Origin: an uncultured virus (IMG/VR IMGVR_UViG_3300017730_000004)
Lineage: Duplodnaviria; Heunggongvirae; Uroviricota; Caudoviricetes
Virus record (IMG/VR): IMGVR_UViG_3300017730_000004
DNA length: 64,000 bases
Reading direction: 5' to 3' (one strand)
Shown here: positions 30,089 through 38,920 of the stretch, piece by piece
Numbering within the stretch: the first letter of the stretch is position 1
Layout of the letters: every line of letters starts with the position of its first letter
Made by a program: the position numbers and the translations under genes
Notes under the pieces: generated by a model
Told to the model about the DNA's origin: nothing
Database searches by the model: none
What the model saw: the letters and a program-made list of their open reading frames with translations, nothing else

Positions 30089-30334
30089 TCAACCTAACGG
30101 CCCTCTAAATCCACGTCGTCCCATTGATGCTCTTTTTGCATCTAACTTCTTACGTCTCTTCAAGTCTTGGTTTCTTTGATTCCTAATTGTATTAGGTTTG
30201 ATGTGATACTTTCTATCACGACATTCTTGAACTATACCTGCTTTCTCACAATCCTTTTTGAATCTGCGAAGTAGTTGGTCGAACCCTTCTACGTTCCGAT
30301 TCTTTGGATTTATTTTAGGTGTTACACTAGGCAT
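30089..30334 (-). CDS. rpsU: 30S ribosomal protein bS21 (phage-encoded)
   Basis: MPSV...[32 protein letters not shown] aligns with proteobacterial [32 protein letters not shown]. Confidence 0.88.
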   Translation of the reverse strand: MPSVTPKINPKNRNVEGFDQLLRRFKKDCEKAGIVQECRDRKYHIKPNTIRNQRNQDLKRRKKLDAKRASMGRRGFRGPLG

Positions 30335-30349
30335 AATTATTCTCTAATA

Positions 30350-30512
30350 GATGTGAAGTCACCCCACGCTTTACAGCAACCCGTTCTTCACCGACCAATC
30401 CGCTATATGCTATTGACCTTTCCCTTACTGAGTACCCCCAATCATTTTCCACGGTCTCAGTGTGTAGTCGTCTTATTTTCAAGGACACATTTTGAATAAA
30501 CACGACTACCCC
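30350..30512 (-). ncRNA. Candidate four-hairpin structured RNA between gp32 and bS21
   Basis: Stems GUAGUCGU/ACGACUAC, ACUGAG/CUCAGU, GGUCAAU/AUUGGUC (G-U pairs on minus strand), GUGAAG/CUUCAC in a ~200-nt GC-richer gap. Confidence 0.6.
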
Positions 30513-30531
30513 ATTGTAAGAAACTCAACTA

Positions 30532-31431
30532 CTAACTATCAGCAGCCAGTTTCTTAAAGTAGTCCATCGCATCATCTTCTTCCACTTGGGGAGCAGATTC
30601 TGCTGATGCAACTACAGGTTCTTCTGCAACTGGAGACGTGTTAACATCTGACCATGGAAGTTCTTCCATATCATCTGCAACTGACTCAGCTGTAGAGTTA
30701 GTTACTGCACCTGTTAATCCAAGAACTCTATCGAGTTTCTCTTTTAACTCTTCGTAAGATTTAAACTCACTTGGTGCAATAATTCCACTTAAGCTATGTA
30801 GGTTGTTTACCACATCTACAAGCTTTTGCTCATCATCAAATAAAGGTGCTTGTGAATCGAACTCTGATTTATCATAGTTCCAGTATCCGTCAACTTTTCT
30901 GATTTTAATCTTGAAGTTGGCACCTTCGTCTCTGAGGTCAAAAGGATTGATTGCTTTCTCATCTTCAAATGCTGGTGAGATTGCTTCCTTGAGTGCTTCA
31001 AAGATTTTTTTACCATATCTGTACTTAAACACTTTACCTTCGTTAGCAGGATTTTTAGGGTCTGAGATAACAAGGATGTTAGACACATAATGTAAACGTC
31101 TTTTCTGTTTACGTGCTTGGTCTTTGTTTGCCTCAACACCAGTATTCCATAACTGAGTATTGTATTCAGACACAGGGTCTTGTTTATTAAGAGTCGTTAA
31201 AGACTTCTCAATATACCATCCACCTGGCCCTTGGAAACCGTGGTCGAAGTATGATACCCATGGCATCTCTTCACCCTCGGGGGTAGGTAAGAAACGAACT
31301 ACAGCGTAACCGTTACCACTCTTATCGAGTTCGGGTTTCCACATAGTGTCGTCTGAGTAGGATTTTTTTTCTCCGCCTGTTGGGGAAGCTGATTCCATTG
31401 CAGCTCTTAGTTTATCTAAACTACTTGACAT
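30532..31431 (-). CDS. gp32: Single-stranded DNA-binding protein gp32
   Basis: WKPELDKSGNGYAVVRFLP, HGFQGPGGWYIEKSLTT, acidic tail DAMDYFKKLA. Confidence 0.96.
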   Translation of the reverse strand: MSSSLDKLRAAMESASPTGGEKKSYSDDTMWKPELDKSGNGYAVVRFLPTPEGEEMPWVSYFDHGFQGPGGWYIEKSLTTLNKQDPVSEYNTQLWNTGVEANKDQARKQKRRLHYVSNILVISDPKNPANEGKVFKYRYGKKIFEALKEAISPAFEDEKAINPFDLRDEGANFKIKIRKVDGYWNYDKSEFDSQAPLFDDEQKLVDVVNNLHSLSGIIAPSEFKSYEELKEKLDRVLGLTGAVTNSTAESVADDMEELPWSDVNTSPVAEEPVVASAESAPQVEEDDAMDYFKKLAADS

Positions 31432-31479
31432 TGTATTCTCCTATTTTATTACAATTGTATCGCATTTTATCGCATATTA

Positions 31480-32211
31480 TCAAGATACTTCAGATGGGTG
31501 TCCCACCCCAAGTATCCACTTTTCACTATTTTCATAGTTAAGTTCATTATACTCTACTTTCACAAAACCTTCAAGAGGCTTTTTCCAATAGACATTAATG
31601 TTTTCATACTCCTTTAATAGAGCAAGAAACTGTTGTTGTTGAGTATGGAAGACTCTATCGTCTTCTGAATAATCAACCTTGTATTTATACAAGCCAGACT
31701 CAGCAAATATATTACTGGGGTCATTATGTTCAAGTGCATCGAATCCTATTAGACATATGTCTTTGTAACCGTTTTCGATTGCATATCCTAATGCACTCAT
31801 TCCACCAAATAGATTCTTAAGCTTAGGATTATTATACATAACTATGTTATTCCCATAGTCCCCGCTAATACCTATAAAGAAACATTCCTTTCCGTCGTAA
31901 CTTCCTTGGACTGAAAACTCCGTATCTCCGTCCTTCCTAATCTCATAGAAGTTATCATATTCACCAATACCCATCTTCATCATATCCCACATTTCAATCG
32001 GGACGGTCTCGAACTCGGCAAATGCAACTTTGTTTGTTTTATAGTATTCTTCGTCTACAATTTTTGCTTGAACTTCTATATCAATTGCAAATAGTAAGTC
32101 GGGTTTAACAATATTATTTGATACTGCATTAAAACCCCACCACTCTTTATCTTTGAATTCTTCCCAGTCTACATTCTTCTGACTAGGGCCATTCCCTATT
32201 AAGTAGAGCAT
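31480..32211 (-). CDS. Maf/DUF115/GT42-like (CMP-sugar transferase fold) protein
   Basis: YLIGNGPS, PDLLFAID, GMSALGYAIENGYKDICLIGFD. Confidence 0.5.
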   Translation of the reverse strand: MLYLIGNGPSQKNVDWEEFKDKEWWGFNAVSNNIVKPDLLFAIDIEVQAKIVDEEYYKTNKVAFAEFETVPIEMWDMMKMGIGEYDNFYEIRKDGDTEFSVQGSYDGKECFFIGISGDYGNNIVMYNNPKLKNLFGGMSALGYAIENGYKDICLIGFDALEHNDPSNIFAESGLYKYKVDYSEDDRVFHTQQQQFLALLKEYENINVYWKKPLEGFVKVEYNELNYENSEKWILGVGHPSEVS

Positions 32212-32795
32212 ATTTCTAGAAGCTTCTTTTTGTATTTCTGTTGGTCATATGATATGAATGACTTGTACTTGTTAATTCTAATGTGTAAGTCGGGATACAC
32301 TACCTTCTCTGAGATAAGTGCTTCCCAATCTTTAGTGAAACCAATTATTTCATCCATGATGCAAATGGTTTCTAAACTTACATCCTTACTCATGTAAGCT
32401 TTAAGTAATCTAGGGTGTTGACCGTCGACTACTTTAAGTTGTGTCTGAATCTTGAACTTTCGTATCAAGTCATTCACTTCTGTTTCAAACATATAACCTA
32501 ATTTCTGATTACGTTTCTTCCATTCACGATATCTCTTATCACATTCTTTATCTAGAAGGTCACCCGCCCAGAAATCTTTATATGATAGATTTGCAATATA
32601 GAAATCTTGTAATTCTTGTTTATATGTTCGGTACAGTTTACCAAAATGGTATTTATCTTTACGTTTAAGAAATGACTTGATGTCTGACTTCACTTTTCCG
32701 TTATACTTAACGAAGTCATAATCCTTGGAATGAAAATGTAACTTTATCCCAAGGTATAACGTGTATGCATCATAGCCTTCTCTAGAAGTCATCAA
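32199..32795 (-). CDS. gp59: Helicase loader gp59
   Basis: YLGIKLHFHSKDYDFVKYNGK...FLKRKDKYHF; SLETICI. Confidence 0.88.
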   Translation of the reverse strand: MMTSREGYDAYTLYLGIKLHFHSKDYDFVKYNGKVKSDIKSFLKRKDKYHFGKLYRTYKQELQDFYIANLSYKDFWAGDLLDKECDKRYREWKKRNQKLGYMFETEVNDLIRKFKIQTQLKVVDGQHPRLLKAYMSKDVSLETICIMDEIIGFTKDWEALISEKVVYPDLHIRINKYKSFISYDQQKYKKKLLEICST

Positions 32796-33100
32796 GTAAT
32801 AATCTTTTTCTCTGCTGGGACTTCAACTCTTGGAGCTTCTTTTTGTCCTGTTGCAATAAGATATGCATTTTGAACACCTTCGTTAGATTCGGTTGCAAAA
32901 ACATAATTATTAAATGTAATGACTGCTGGATTTTCGTCTCCAGTTACAGCCACACCTCTAGCAAAACCCATTCCACCTTCGGGATTGGATACTATCATTT
33001 TTGGTTGAGTTAATGTAATGGTTGTATCTAACTGACTGTCAAATGTTCCAACATACTCTCCACTGATTGCCACTACTGTGACGATATCACCTTTTTTCAT
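32792..33100 (-). CDS. Hypothetical protein (small beta-rich, Sm-like)
   Basis: 102 aa between gp33 and gp59. Confidence 0.55.
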   Translation of the reverse strand: MKKGDIVTVVAISGEYVGTFDSQLDTTITLTQPKMIVSNPEGGMGFARGVAVTGDENPAVITFNNYVFATESNEGVQNAYLIATGQKEAPRVEVPAEKKIIT

Positions 33101-33106
33101 AATTAC

Positions 33107-33343
33107 CTACTTGTTAAAGAAACCTGTAATGGTTCCTTGTGCTGATGAACCCCTGTTTATCATTTTCAAACCAGTTGCTTCCGCTTCTAGCTTTTCTTTG
33201 AGAGGTTGGGATATTAACCTCTTTGCTGATTCGGGTTCTACTTTGTTATCATCACAAACTTTTATGATTGCTCCCATAACATCCGTTTTACCACCTATCA
33301 ATAGTTTTTCAACTTGTTCTGTAAATTCTTTTTTACTAATCAC
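33107..33343 (-). CDS. gp33: Late transcription coactivator gp33
   Basis: VEPESAKRLISQPLKEKLEAEA. Confidence 0.88.
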   Translation of the reverse strand: MISKKEFTEQVEKLLIGGKTDVMGAIIKVCDDNKVEPESAKRLISQPLKEKLEAEATGLKMINRGSSAQGTITGFFNK

Positions 33344-33345
33344 AT

Positions 33346-34011
33346 TTATACTCCATGTAAGTTTGAATACTGTTCTCTCAATTTATACAACTCGTCAACA
33401 TATTCGCATGGGTCTGCAGAAAATAATTGAAAGTTACCATTTTCAAGACTTACTATTGCAGTAATTTCTTCAATGGGTGTTCCTGTTAGTTCTTCTACCA
33501 TGATTGCATATGCAGTCATCTGTAAGAACCAAGGTTTAGCCATATAATCTTCTTTGAATGAAGAAGATGTCTTAAAATCTATAATAGATAATGCATCTTC
33601 AAATATTCCAATGCAATCTACTCGTCCAGCCATTTGCAACTTGTTACTTAACATAGGTGCTTCTAAACATATCGGTACTATTTCATCTAGTACTGGTTGG
33701 ACTCCTCTGAATCTATTCTCTTCTATAAGGTCTTGGAATACTACTTCCTTTTCTTGCCTTAGATAGTCTTCTACGACTTGGTGGAATGATGTACCACGTT
33801 TGGCTGCACCAGTTGAAATACGATTGGCCTCTTCTTCACCAACTCGTTCTCTCCACAATTTGATATGTTCTCTATTGAGTAAACCGACAACCGTTGTTAC
33901 ACTTGGATAGTGAAATGATTCTTCTCCATCTGTGTAAAATCTTTTACCATTCTTCTGAACAGTTTTTAAATCTAAATGTTCTAGTTCCCACAGTTCTAAT
34001 AATTTACTCAT
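33346..34011 (-). CDS. PD-(D/E)XK exonuclease
   Basis: YPSVTTV, RGTSFH, AGRVDCI, IIDFKTS, QMTAYA. Confidence 0.85.
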   Translation of the reverse strand: MSKLLELWELEHLDLKTVQKNGKRFYTDGEESFHYPSVTTVVGLLNREHIKLWRERVGEEEANRISTGAAKRGTSFHQVVEDYLRQEKEVVFQDLIEENRFRGVQPVLDEIVPICLEAPMLSNKLQMAGRVDCIGIFEDALSIIDFKTSSSFKEDYMAKPWFLQMTAYAIMVEELTGTPIEEITAIVSLENGNFQLFSADPCEYVDELYKLREQYSNLHGV

Positions 34012-34020
34012 AAGTCTATT

Positions 34021-34329
34021 CTACTTCTTTCTTGATTGAATGTCTAGATGCTTTTTAACTATTTCTTTAGTCTTAACTTCTTTGGTTCCACGTTGTCTAT
34101 GTCTGTCCATAGGTGAGCCTGGGTTTGCAGAAGAAATTTTATTGAGGACTTCTTTGAATCCATCATCTGTTTTTACTCTATCTCCATGTCCACCTACGGT
34201 CATGGGAGCGTCAAGTATTACTTGTTTTAGATGTGGGTTGTTTTCTTTGAATTGGTCAAGTTTTGTATAAGACATATTATGCTCTTCTACTTCACCAGTT
34301 TCATTATTTAAAAAATCATATAGAGGCAT
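34021..34329 (-). CDS. FmdB-like small regulatory protein (no Zn cysteines)
   Basis: MPLYDFLNNETGE...NPHLKQVI...DDGFKEVLNKI. Confidence 0.55.
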   Translation of the reverse strand: MPLYDFLNNETGEVEEHNMSYTKLDQFKENNPHLKQVILDAPMTVGGHGDRVKTDDGFKEVLNKISSANPGSPMDRHRQRGTKEVKTKEIVKKHLDIQSRKK

Positions 34330-34852
34330 TCATAAACTCGGGTGTTGGTCTTGCAGTCCATACTGCAAAATCTTTTTTGTATTTGTTATAGTATTTATGG
34401 TAACCATCTATACTCGATTTCATTTTGACATCGTCTGGCATACACTGGGGTGGTTCTCTCCATGCACAGAGGTCAATATTGTTCGGTAACTGGTTTAGTA
34501 AATCTAGTAGTTTTGTCTCTGTTAAATGGGCCCTGGCATAACGATAGGTGTATTCCTTACATAACGCTGCAAATAGGTCATATACGAATTGATAGTGTAC
34601 TGCATTCTCTCTAGTCCATATTGCAGACGGATGATTGACGTGTGAAGCCTTGTATAAATTGTCCATATCACCTTCAAGTCTCCATCTTTGAATTCTACGT
34701 CCACTTGAATCGTCAATATAATGTTTACCATCTAACATTCTATGTGCAGTTGATAAAAGCTGAGCATATTCTATAATCATTTTGACCACATGTTTGTCAC
34801 AATGCAATTCTGCAGCGACTTCGGGTTCTTCATGTAAATAGAATATGTTCAT
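34316..34852 (-). CDS. Pyrimidine-dimer DNA glycosylase-like (DenV family)
   Basis: MNIFYLH...HCDKHVVKMIIEYAQLLSTAH, HVNHPSAIW, EYTYRY, PPQCMPD. Confidence 0.7.
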   Translation of the reverse strand: MNIFYLHEEPEVAAELHCDKHVVKMIIEYAQLLSTAHRMLDGKHYIDDSSGRRIQRWRLEGDMDNLYKASHVNHPSAIWTRENAVHYQFVYDLFAALCKEYTYRYARAHLTETKLLDLLNQLPNNIDLCAWREPPQCMPDDVKMKSSIDGYHKYYNKYKKDFAVWTARPTPEFMNASI

Positions 34853-35004
34853 TGTTTAATCTCCCTTAACCAATCTCTGTAAGGGACTGGATTGTCTGTT
34901 GTTGTTAAATACTTTTTGTATTCCTCTTTATTTTCTTTTGATTTTGTCATGGTATCAACCCAACCAGTGGATGAGTCTTGCCATCTTTTAGAATTCTCTG
35001 TCAT
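34849..35004 (-). CDS. Small hypothetical protein (51 aa, not in ORF track)
   Basis: MTENSKRWQDSSTGWV..., ATGA overlaps at both ends. Confidence 0.5.
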   Translation of the reverse strand: MTENSKRWQDSSTGWVDTMTKSKENKEEYKKYLTTTDNPVPYRDWLREIKQ

Positions 35005-35525
35005 TTATAAAATAAATGATTATTAATAACTACAGTCTCATTCAATGAGTCTGCCCAATAAGGATTTACACTGTCACTATGGTAATGTGTGGCACCTTCA
35101 GTGATATCTTTGTACTCACCCCATGCAACTGCCTGTGCAACCTCGAGTGAAGCCAACCAAGTTGCACTATCTACAGGTTCGTCTGACTTACCATCACAAA
35201 ACCATGAAAATTGACACATATTTCTAACTGGTACTGGATTACCTTGCCAGTTTGTTTTCCATTTGGACTGATAAATCACTCCACAAATATTATCGGGGTA
35301 ATCTCGGTTTGCAACGCGATTCATCACGACTTGTGCAACCGCTATTTTACCTGCCAGAGGCTGATTTCCAGCTTCGAAGTAAATATTTTTTGCCATACAG
35401 ACATTTTCACCATTTGGGTCGGATGCAAAAGCCTTCTGAACGAAAATAACACCAATAAGGGTCAAAGTCATCAACCCCATGTGCATAGGAATGAACCATT
35501 TAGATTCTGAATTTGGTATTTTCAT
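35001..35525 (-). CDS. Cell wall hydrolase, SleB/Hydrolase_2 family, with N-terminal signal/TM
   Basis: CMAKNIYFEAGNQ, AVAQVVMNRV, CQFSWFCDG, GATHYH, NHLFY. Confidence 0.9.
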   Translation of the reverse strand: MKIPNSESKWFIPMHMGLMTLTLIGVIFVQKAFASDPNGENVCMAKNIYFEAGNQPLAGKIAVAQVVMNRVANRDYPDNICGVIYQSKWKTNWQGNPVPVRNMCQFSWFCDGKSDEPVDSATWLASLEVAQAVAWGEYKDITEGATHYHSDSVNPYWADSLNETVVINNHLFYK

Positions 35526-35728
35526 GATTTATACTCCACCCAAGCCTTAAAAATTGTATTTGCTTGGTCTCTGTTAAAACCAAAGTTTTCTCTTAACCAT
35601 CTTGGAGCTCCAAACATGTTAATTTCACCACTTTCTTGTAATAAGTCTAATTCGGGAAACCACTCAGCTGGTTCAAAAGGCAAATCTGCCCTACTTAACT
35701 GATTTTGGTTTAAATGATAATTACTCAT
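35522..35728 (-). CDS. Hypothetical early protein
   Basis: LQESGEINMFGAPRWL motif; coupled to neighbours. Confidence 0.55.
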   Translation of the reverse strand: MSNYHLNQNQLSRADLPFEPAEWFPELDLLQESGEINMFGAPRWLRENFGFNRDQANTIFKAWVEYKS

Positions 35729-35964
35729 AATTGTTCTATCTCCTTCAGAGTGCTTTTTACGTCTGCATCTGATAAATAACCTATAACATCATTTGTTATA
35801 TGTGTATTATAACACAATTCTCCTTCTTTGAGAACTGCCATTTCCCATAAACCGTCTTTACCGCCATATGAGTAGTCGTGTTTAACTACACTTGCACCAT
35901 AACCGTTAGGAAATTCGTGTACAACCTGTACACCATTGGCATATTCTTTAGTTTCTATAATCAT
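35725..35964 (-). CDS. Hypothetical early protein
   Basis: FPNGYGASVVKH...GLWEMAVL...DVIGYLS, a common phage small-protein pattern; start moved to MIIETK. Confidence 0.6.
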   Translation of the reverse strand: MIIETKEYANGVQVVHEFPNGYGASVVKHDYSYGGKDGLWEMAVLKEGELCYNTHITNDVIGYLSDADVKSTLKEIEQL

Positions 35965-36045
35965 CGTCATCATCCATAAGCATTTTGGCAACGGCTAAGC
36001 ACATTACACACATAAACCCTACCACTACTGTTAAACCTATATCCA

Positions 36046-36258
36046 TTAGTAACCGCTCGTTGTATGAGCATACTCATCTTCACAAGCTTCTTCACCACAG
36101 ACACATATGTTCTCATCTAAATCCAATTCACCTTGAAAAGGATTCATATCTTGAGCATTAGTTGTTCCATAAGTTGCAAGATTGTAAACATCATCTGCTG
36201 ATAGTTTACCATCGGTACATGATGCAATTAGTTTTGCACTTTCGTAATCAAGCTGCAT
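36046..36258 (-). CDS. Hypothetical early protein with Cys/His tail
   Basis: Likely start MQLDY; ends CVCGEEACEDEYAHTTSGY. Confidence 0.5.
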   Translation of the reverse strand: MQLDYESAKLIASCTDGKLSADDVYNLATYGTTNAQDMNPFQGELDLDENICVCGEEACEDEYAHTTSGY

Positions 36259-36640
36259 AATTTCTTTCTCCGTTCCAGTTCTCACCGTTTCTATTATAGT
36301 TGTCAACAATCATGTCAACAACATCACCTGCCCAAAAGGACGTACCACCAATATTCCACTGACACTCTTCAGTAGGAATGTATCCATACTTCCAAGCATA
36401 AATGGTAACAGTCTCATACTCCCAATCATCGTAATCAATCTCATCGACATTGTTTGCATCATACCACTTGGCATCAATAACCCACTCACATGACACTTTG
36501 TCATCGGGGTTAGCACTAGTAAATGTTGGGGGCCCCAACACTTCACACAACCTTGAATAGGTTGTAGTTTTATATCCCTTAAGGGATGTCCCGCCCGAAC
36601 ACATATCGGGGGAAAGGACTTCATAATCTTTAATTATCAT
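36248..36640 (-). CDS. Hypothetical early protein
   Basis: TSLKGY...LGPP...DKVSCEW...TIYAWK...WNIGG. Confidence 0.55.
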   Translation of the reverse strand: MIIKDYEVLSPDMCSGGTSLKGYKTTTYSRLCEVLGPPTFTSANPDDKVSCEWVIDAKWYDANNVDEIDYDDWEYETVTIYAWKYGYIPTEECQWNIGGTSFWAGDVVDMIVDNYNRNGENWNGERNYAA

Positions 36641-36990
36641 ATTGCATTTACCTCACTAATTAATTCTGTTACATCACCCACCCATGTAGGATTGTCGATT
36701 TCATCAGAACGAAAATCTCCTTCTTGCACTTCAATCGAAGTGATGTAATCGAATGACCCTCTCAGGCCATTGTACCTGTTGACATGTTTCATGACCAATG
36801 CAGCTGCACTAGCCTCAGTCAAACTAGGTGAATGGTAGTAAGAGTGTTCACCCTCACCATATGCGTTCTCCTCATACACGAGGGTCTCCACATCGAAACC
36901 GATGACATAATCCGACCCACCTTTGAACTTATGGAAGTTATCTCCATACTCTTCAAGATTTTGGGTGGTGATTACATATTGGTTTCTCAT
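36637..36990 (-). CDS. Hypothetical early protein
   Basis: TQNLEEYG...KFKGGSDY; downstream of a sigma70-like promoter. Confidence 0.55.
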   Translation of the reverse strand: MRNQYVITTQNLEEYGDNFHKFKGGSDYVIGFDVETLVYEENAYGEGEHSYYHSPSLTEASAAALVMKHVNRYNGLRGSFDYITSIEVQEGDFRSDEIDNPTWVGDVTELISEVNAI

Positions 36991-37020
36991 AATTTTTTCC
37001 TATTAATTTATTACTCTACT

Positions 37021-37054
37021 AGTATATCAAAAAGCCAGAGCCATTGTCAAGGCA
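37021..37054 (-). promoter_or_regulatory. Early sigma70-type promoter
   Basis: GCC-TTGACA-N18-TATACT. Confidence 0.75.
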
Positions 37055-37290
37055 TTCTTAATTAAGAATAGTAGACCTACTGCATTAAGTAATATCAATG
37101 CCCTATCGTTCCATAAGAATGATACCCATAACCAAAGTGCAATTCCAACCATGGAAAGACCTAAGTCATAATGTGCCATACCATCGATACCTCTTAGAGA
37201 CATCGCTGCAAGAACGAATACACATGCCAACCACTTAACATACCAATCCGTGGTATGTTTTGGGGTTACACTTTTTTTTGAATATTTCAT
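37027..37290 (-). CDS. Small membrane protein (3 TM)
   Basis: DWYVKWLA...WLWVSFLWNDRALILLN. Confidence 0.55.
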   Translation of the reverse strand: MKYSKKSVTPKHTTDWYVKWLACVFVLAAMSLRGIDGMAHYDLGLSMVGIALWLWVSFLWNDRALILLNAVGLLFLIKNALTMALAF

Positions 37291-37691
37291 ATTAGATAAT
37301 CCGGCCCGTATTTTCTCATGCCAGTGATTTGATATCCACCTTCCATGAAGAGGTTTCCTCTAGGAGCGTTAAGAGCAGGAGTTGCCCATCCAGCAGACAT
37401 TAGAACATCACCACATTTGAAAGTGATTCCACTTGATTTAGTCCACTCTGCTTTATTAATGAAACCCCAAACTGAACGTTGACTTCCACTATTAGTGATA
37501 ATCTTAATATACTTCCTAGACACTTTATACTCGTAAGAGTAATCCGTTAGTGTTGGATACTGTTTTAAGTGTTCGATTAATAAATCGTCACACAGTTTAT
37601 CACAAAGTTGTAAGAGTTCTTGCTCTTGGTTAACCTCGTTTACTAGTTCTGAAAGTTTCATATTGTCTCCTTGATTTTTCATTATATACAT
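37287..37691 (-). CDS. Hypothetical early protein
   Basis: RKYIKII...SVWGFI...GDVLMSAGWATPALNAPRGN; true start probably MKLSE after AAGGAG. Confidence 0.6.
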   Translation of the reverse strand: MYIMKNQGDNMKLSELVNEVNQEQELLQLCDKLCDDLLIEHLKQYPTLTDYSYEYKVSRKYIKIITNSGSQRSVWGFINKAEWTKSSGITFKCGDVLMSAGWATPALNAPRGNLFMEGGYQITGMRKYGPDYLI

Positions 37692-37725
37692 AGTATAACA
37701 AAAAGCTTAGGCTGCTGTCAAGGCC
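37692..37725 (-). promoter_or_regulatory. Early sigma70-type promoter
   Basis: GGCC-TTGACA-N18-TATACT. Confidence 0.75.
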
Positions 37726-37979
37726 TCTTTGGCTAGTAGAAATTCTTGTACTGCTATCTGTTCAGTTTTAGTTAAGTCGGATATTCCATTGAACCTAGAA
37801 TAGGTTAATCCTATTGTGGTCATCTTGTTTCCAGCAGTGACCGCTGCATTCCATAGTCTTAGAGAATCTTCATCATTCCCAGCGTGTAGTTCTCCCATTT
37901 CACATGCCGTGATAATTTCACGTCCAAGTTTTACAATCTTCATTTGAGATTCGGGTGATGTGTAAATACTGTTTTCCAT
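37707..37979 (-). CDS. Hypothetical early protein
   Basis: 90 aa with AAGGAG SD. Confidence 0.55.
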   Translation of the reverse strand: MENSIYTSPESQMKIVKLGREIITACEMGELHAGNDEDSLRLWNAAVTAGNKMTTIGLTYSRFNGISDLTKTEQIAVQEFLLAKEALTAA

Positions 37980-38009
37980 TATAAACTCCTTTATTGTTTA
38001 ATGGATACC

Positions 38010-38039
38010 AGTATATCAAAAAGCTGGGGGTGCTGTAAA
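38010..38039 (-). promoter_or_regulatory. Early sigma70-type promoter
   Basis: TTTACA-N18-TATACT with the shared GCTTTTTG spacer. Confidence 0.65.
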
Positions 38040-38045
38040 GACCTT

Positions 38046-38291
38046 TTAGAGATTTTTTTGTATCTCGTCTAATTCTTTTAATTTCTTATTGATGATGTCT
38101 ACTCTATTGGGCCAATAGATATAATCCTTGTCTGAATCTTTTGCAAGATTCTCTAGAAGGGGTCTGACAAAATTATCGAGTTTGTTGATTACATCCGTTG
38201 CAGTTGTAGTCTTCTCAATAATCTTAGTATCAATGGCTGCAAGTTCATCTGCATCCATCGCTGTAAATCCGAAATCGTTATAGTCTGTCAT
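38046..38291 (-). CDS. Conserved T4-like hypothetical late protein
   Basis: DFGFTA...PLLENLAKDSDKDYIYWPNR; TATAAATA at 38297-38304. Confidence 0.65.
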   Translation of the reverse strand: MTDYNDFGFTAMDADELAAIDTKIIEKTTTATDVINKLDNFVRPLLENLAKDSDKDYIYWPNRVDIINKKLKELDEIQKNL

Positions 38292-38299
38292 AGTAGTAT

Positions 38300-38920
38300 T
38301 TATAACGTATCGTCGTGAAGATGGTAAAAAGTTTCCATATCTTTATACATCTGTTTGTCACTCTGTACATCTTGATAGTTTGCAAATGCTTGTATGGTTG
38401 CTTCGGGAATCTCTATATCGGGATAACTAGTAATTAAATAATACACTAGACCCGAAACACTTTGCCATGTAAGACTAGGTAAGTCTTCATGATTTAACAG
38501 TCCTAGATTGAGTGTAGTAAGTTTGTATTGTCTTTCTGAGTTGTATGTAAGGTTACTACTTAAATGATTTAGAGAAGCTTTCTCAGCTGCATACATGTGA
38601 CCCTTGGAGATGTTTGGTTGAGATGCACGAGATGAAAAGTTAATGATGAACTTAGTTTTATCTTCTTTCCATGCACGGTGAGCTATCTCTAGAACTTTAG
38701 TTTGGTCAAAGTCTCTATGTGCAAAGTTAATTAACACGTCAATATGATTAGGGTTCTCATAATCAAATCCGAACCAGTTAACGTCATTCATTAGTATGTC
38801 GTCTAGTCTAGGTGTAGACACTTTAATATCATCACCTTGATATGGTGTTGCTTCTAGTGTATCTTTAATGTTCTTTGCGAGACCACTACTTCCTGTTATT
38901 GCTACCTTCATAATATTCAC
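38300..38920 (-). CDS. Short-chain dehydrogenase/Rossmann-like protein
   Basis: KVAITGSSGLA, IDVLINFA, IINFSS, YxxxK (YAAEK). Confidence 0.65.
   Translation of the reverse strand: MNIMKVAITGSSGLAKNIKDTLEATPYQGDDIKVSTPRLDDILMNDVNWFGFDYENPNHIDVLINFAHRDFDQTKVLEIAHRAWKEDKTKFIINFSSRASQPNISKGHMYAAEKASLNHLSSNLTYNSERQYKLTTLNLGLLNHEDLPSLTWQSVSGLVYYLITSYPDIEIPEATIQAFANYQDVQSDKQMYKDMETFYHLHDDTL

Noticed and set aside
30275..30499. 74-aa plus-strand ORF across the gp32-bS21 gap
   Set aside because: Opposite to local transcription, overlaps bS21, and the region is better explained by RNA stems.
33346..34011. Cas4 / CRISPR system
   Set aside because: Generic phage PD-(D/E)XK exonuclease without the Cas4 Fe-S cysteines; no repeat-spacer array seen in the window.
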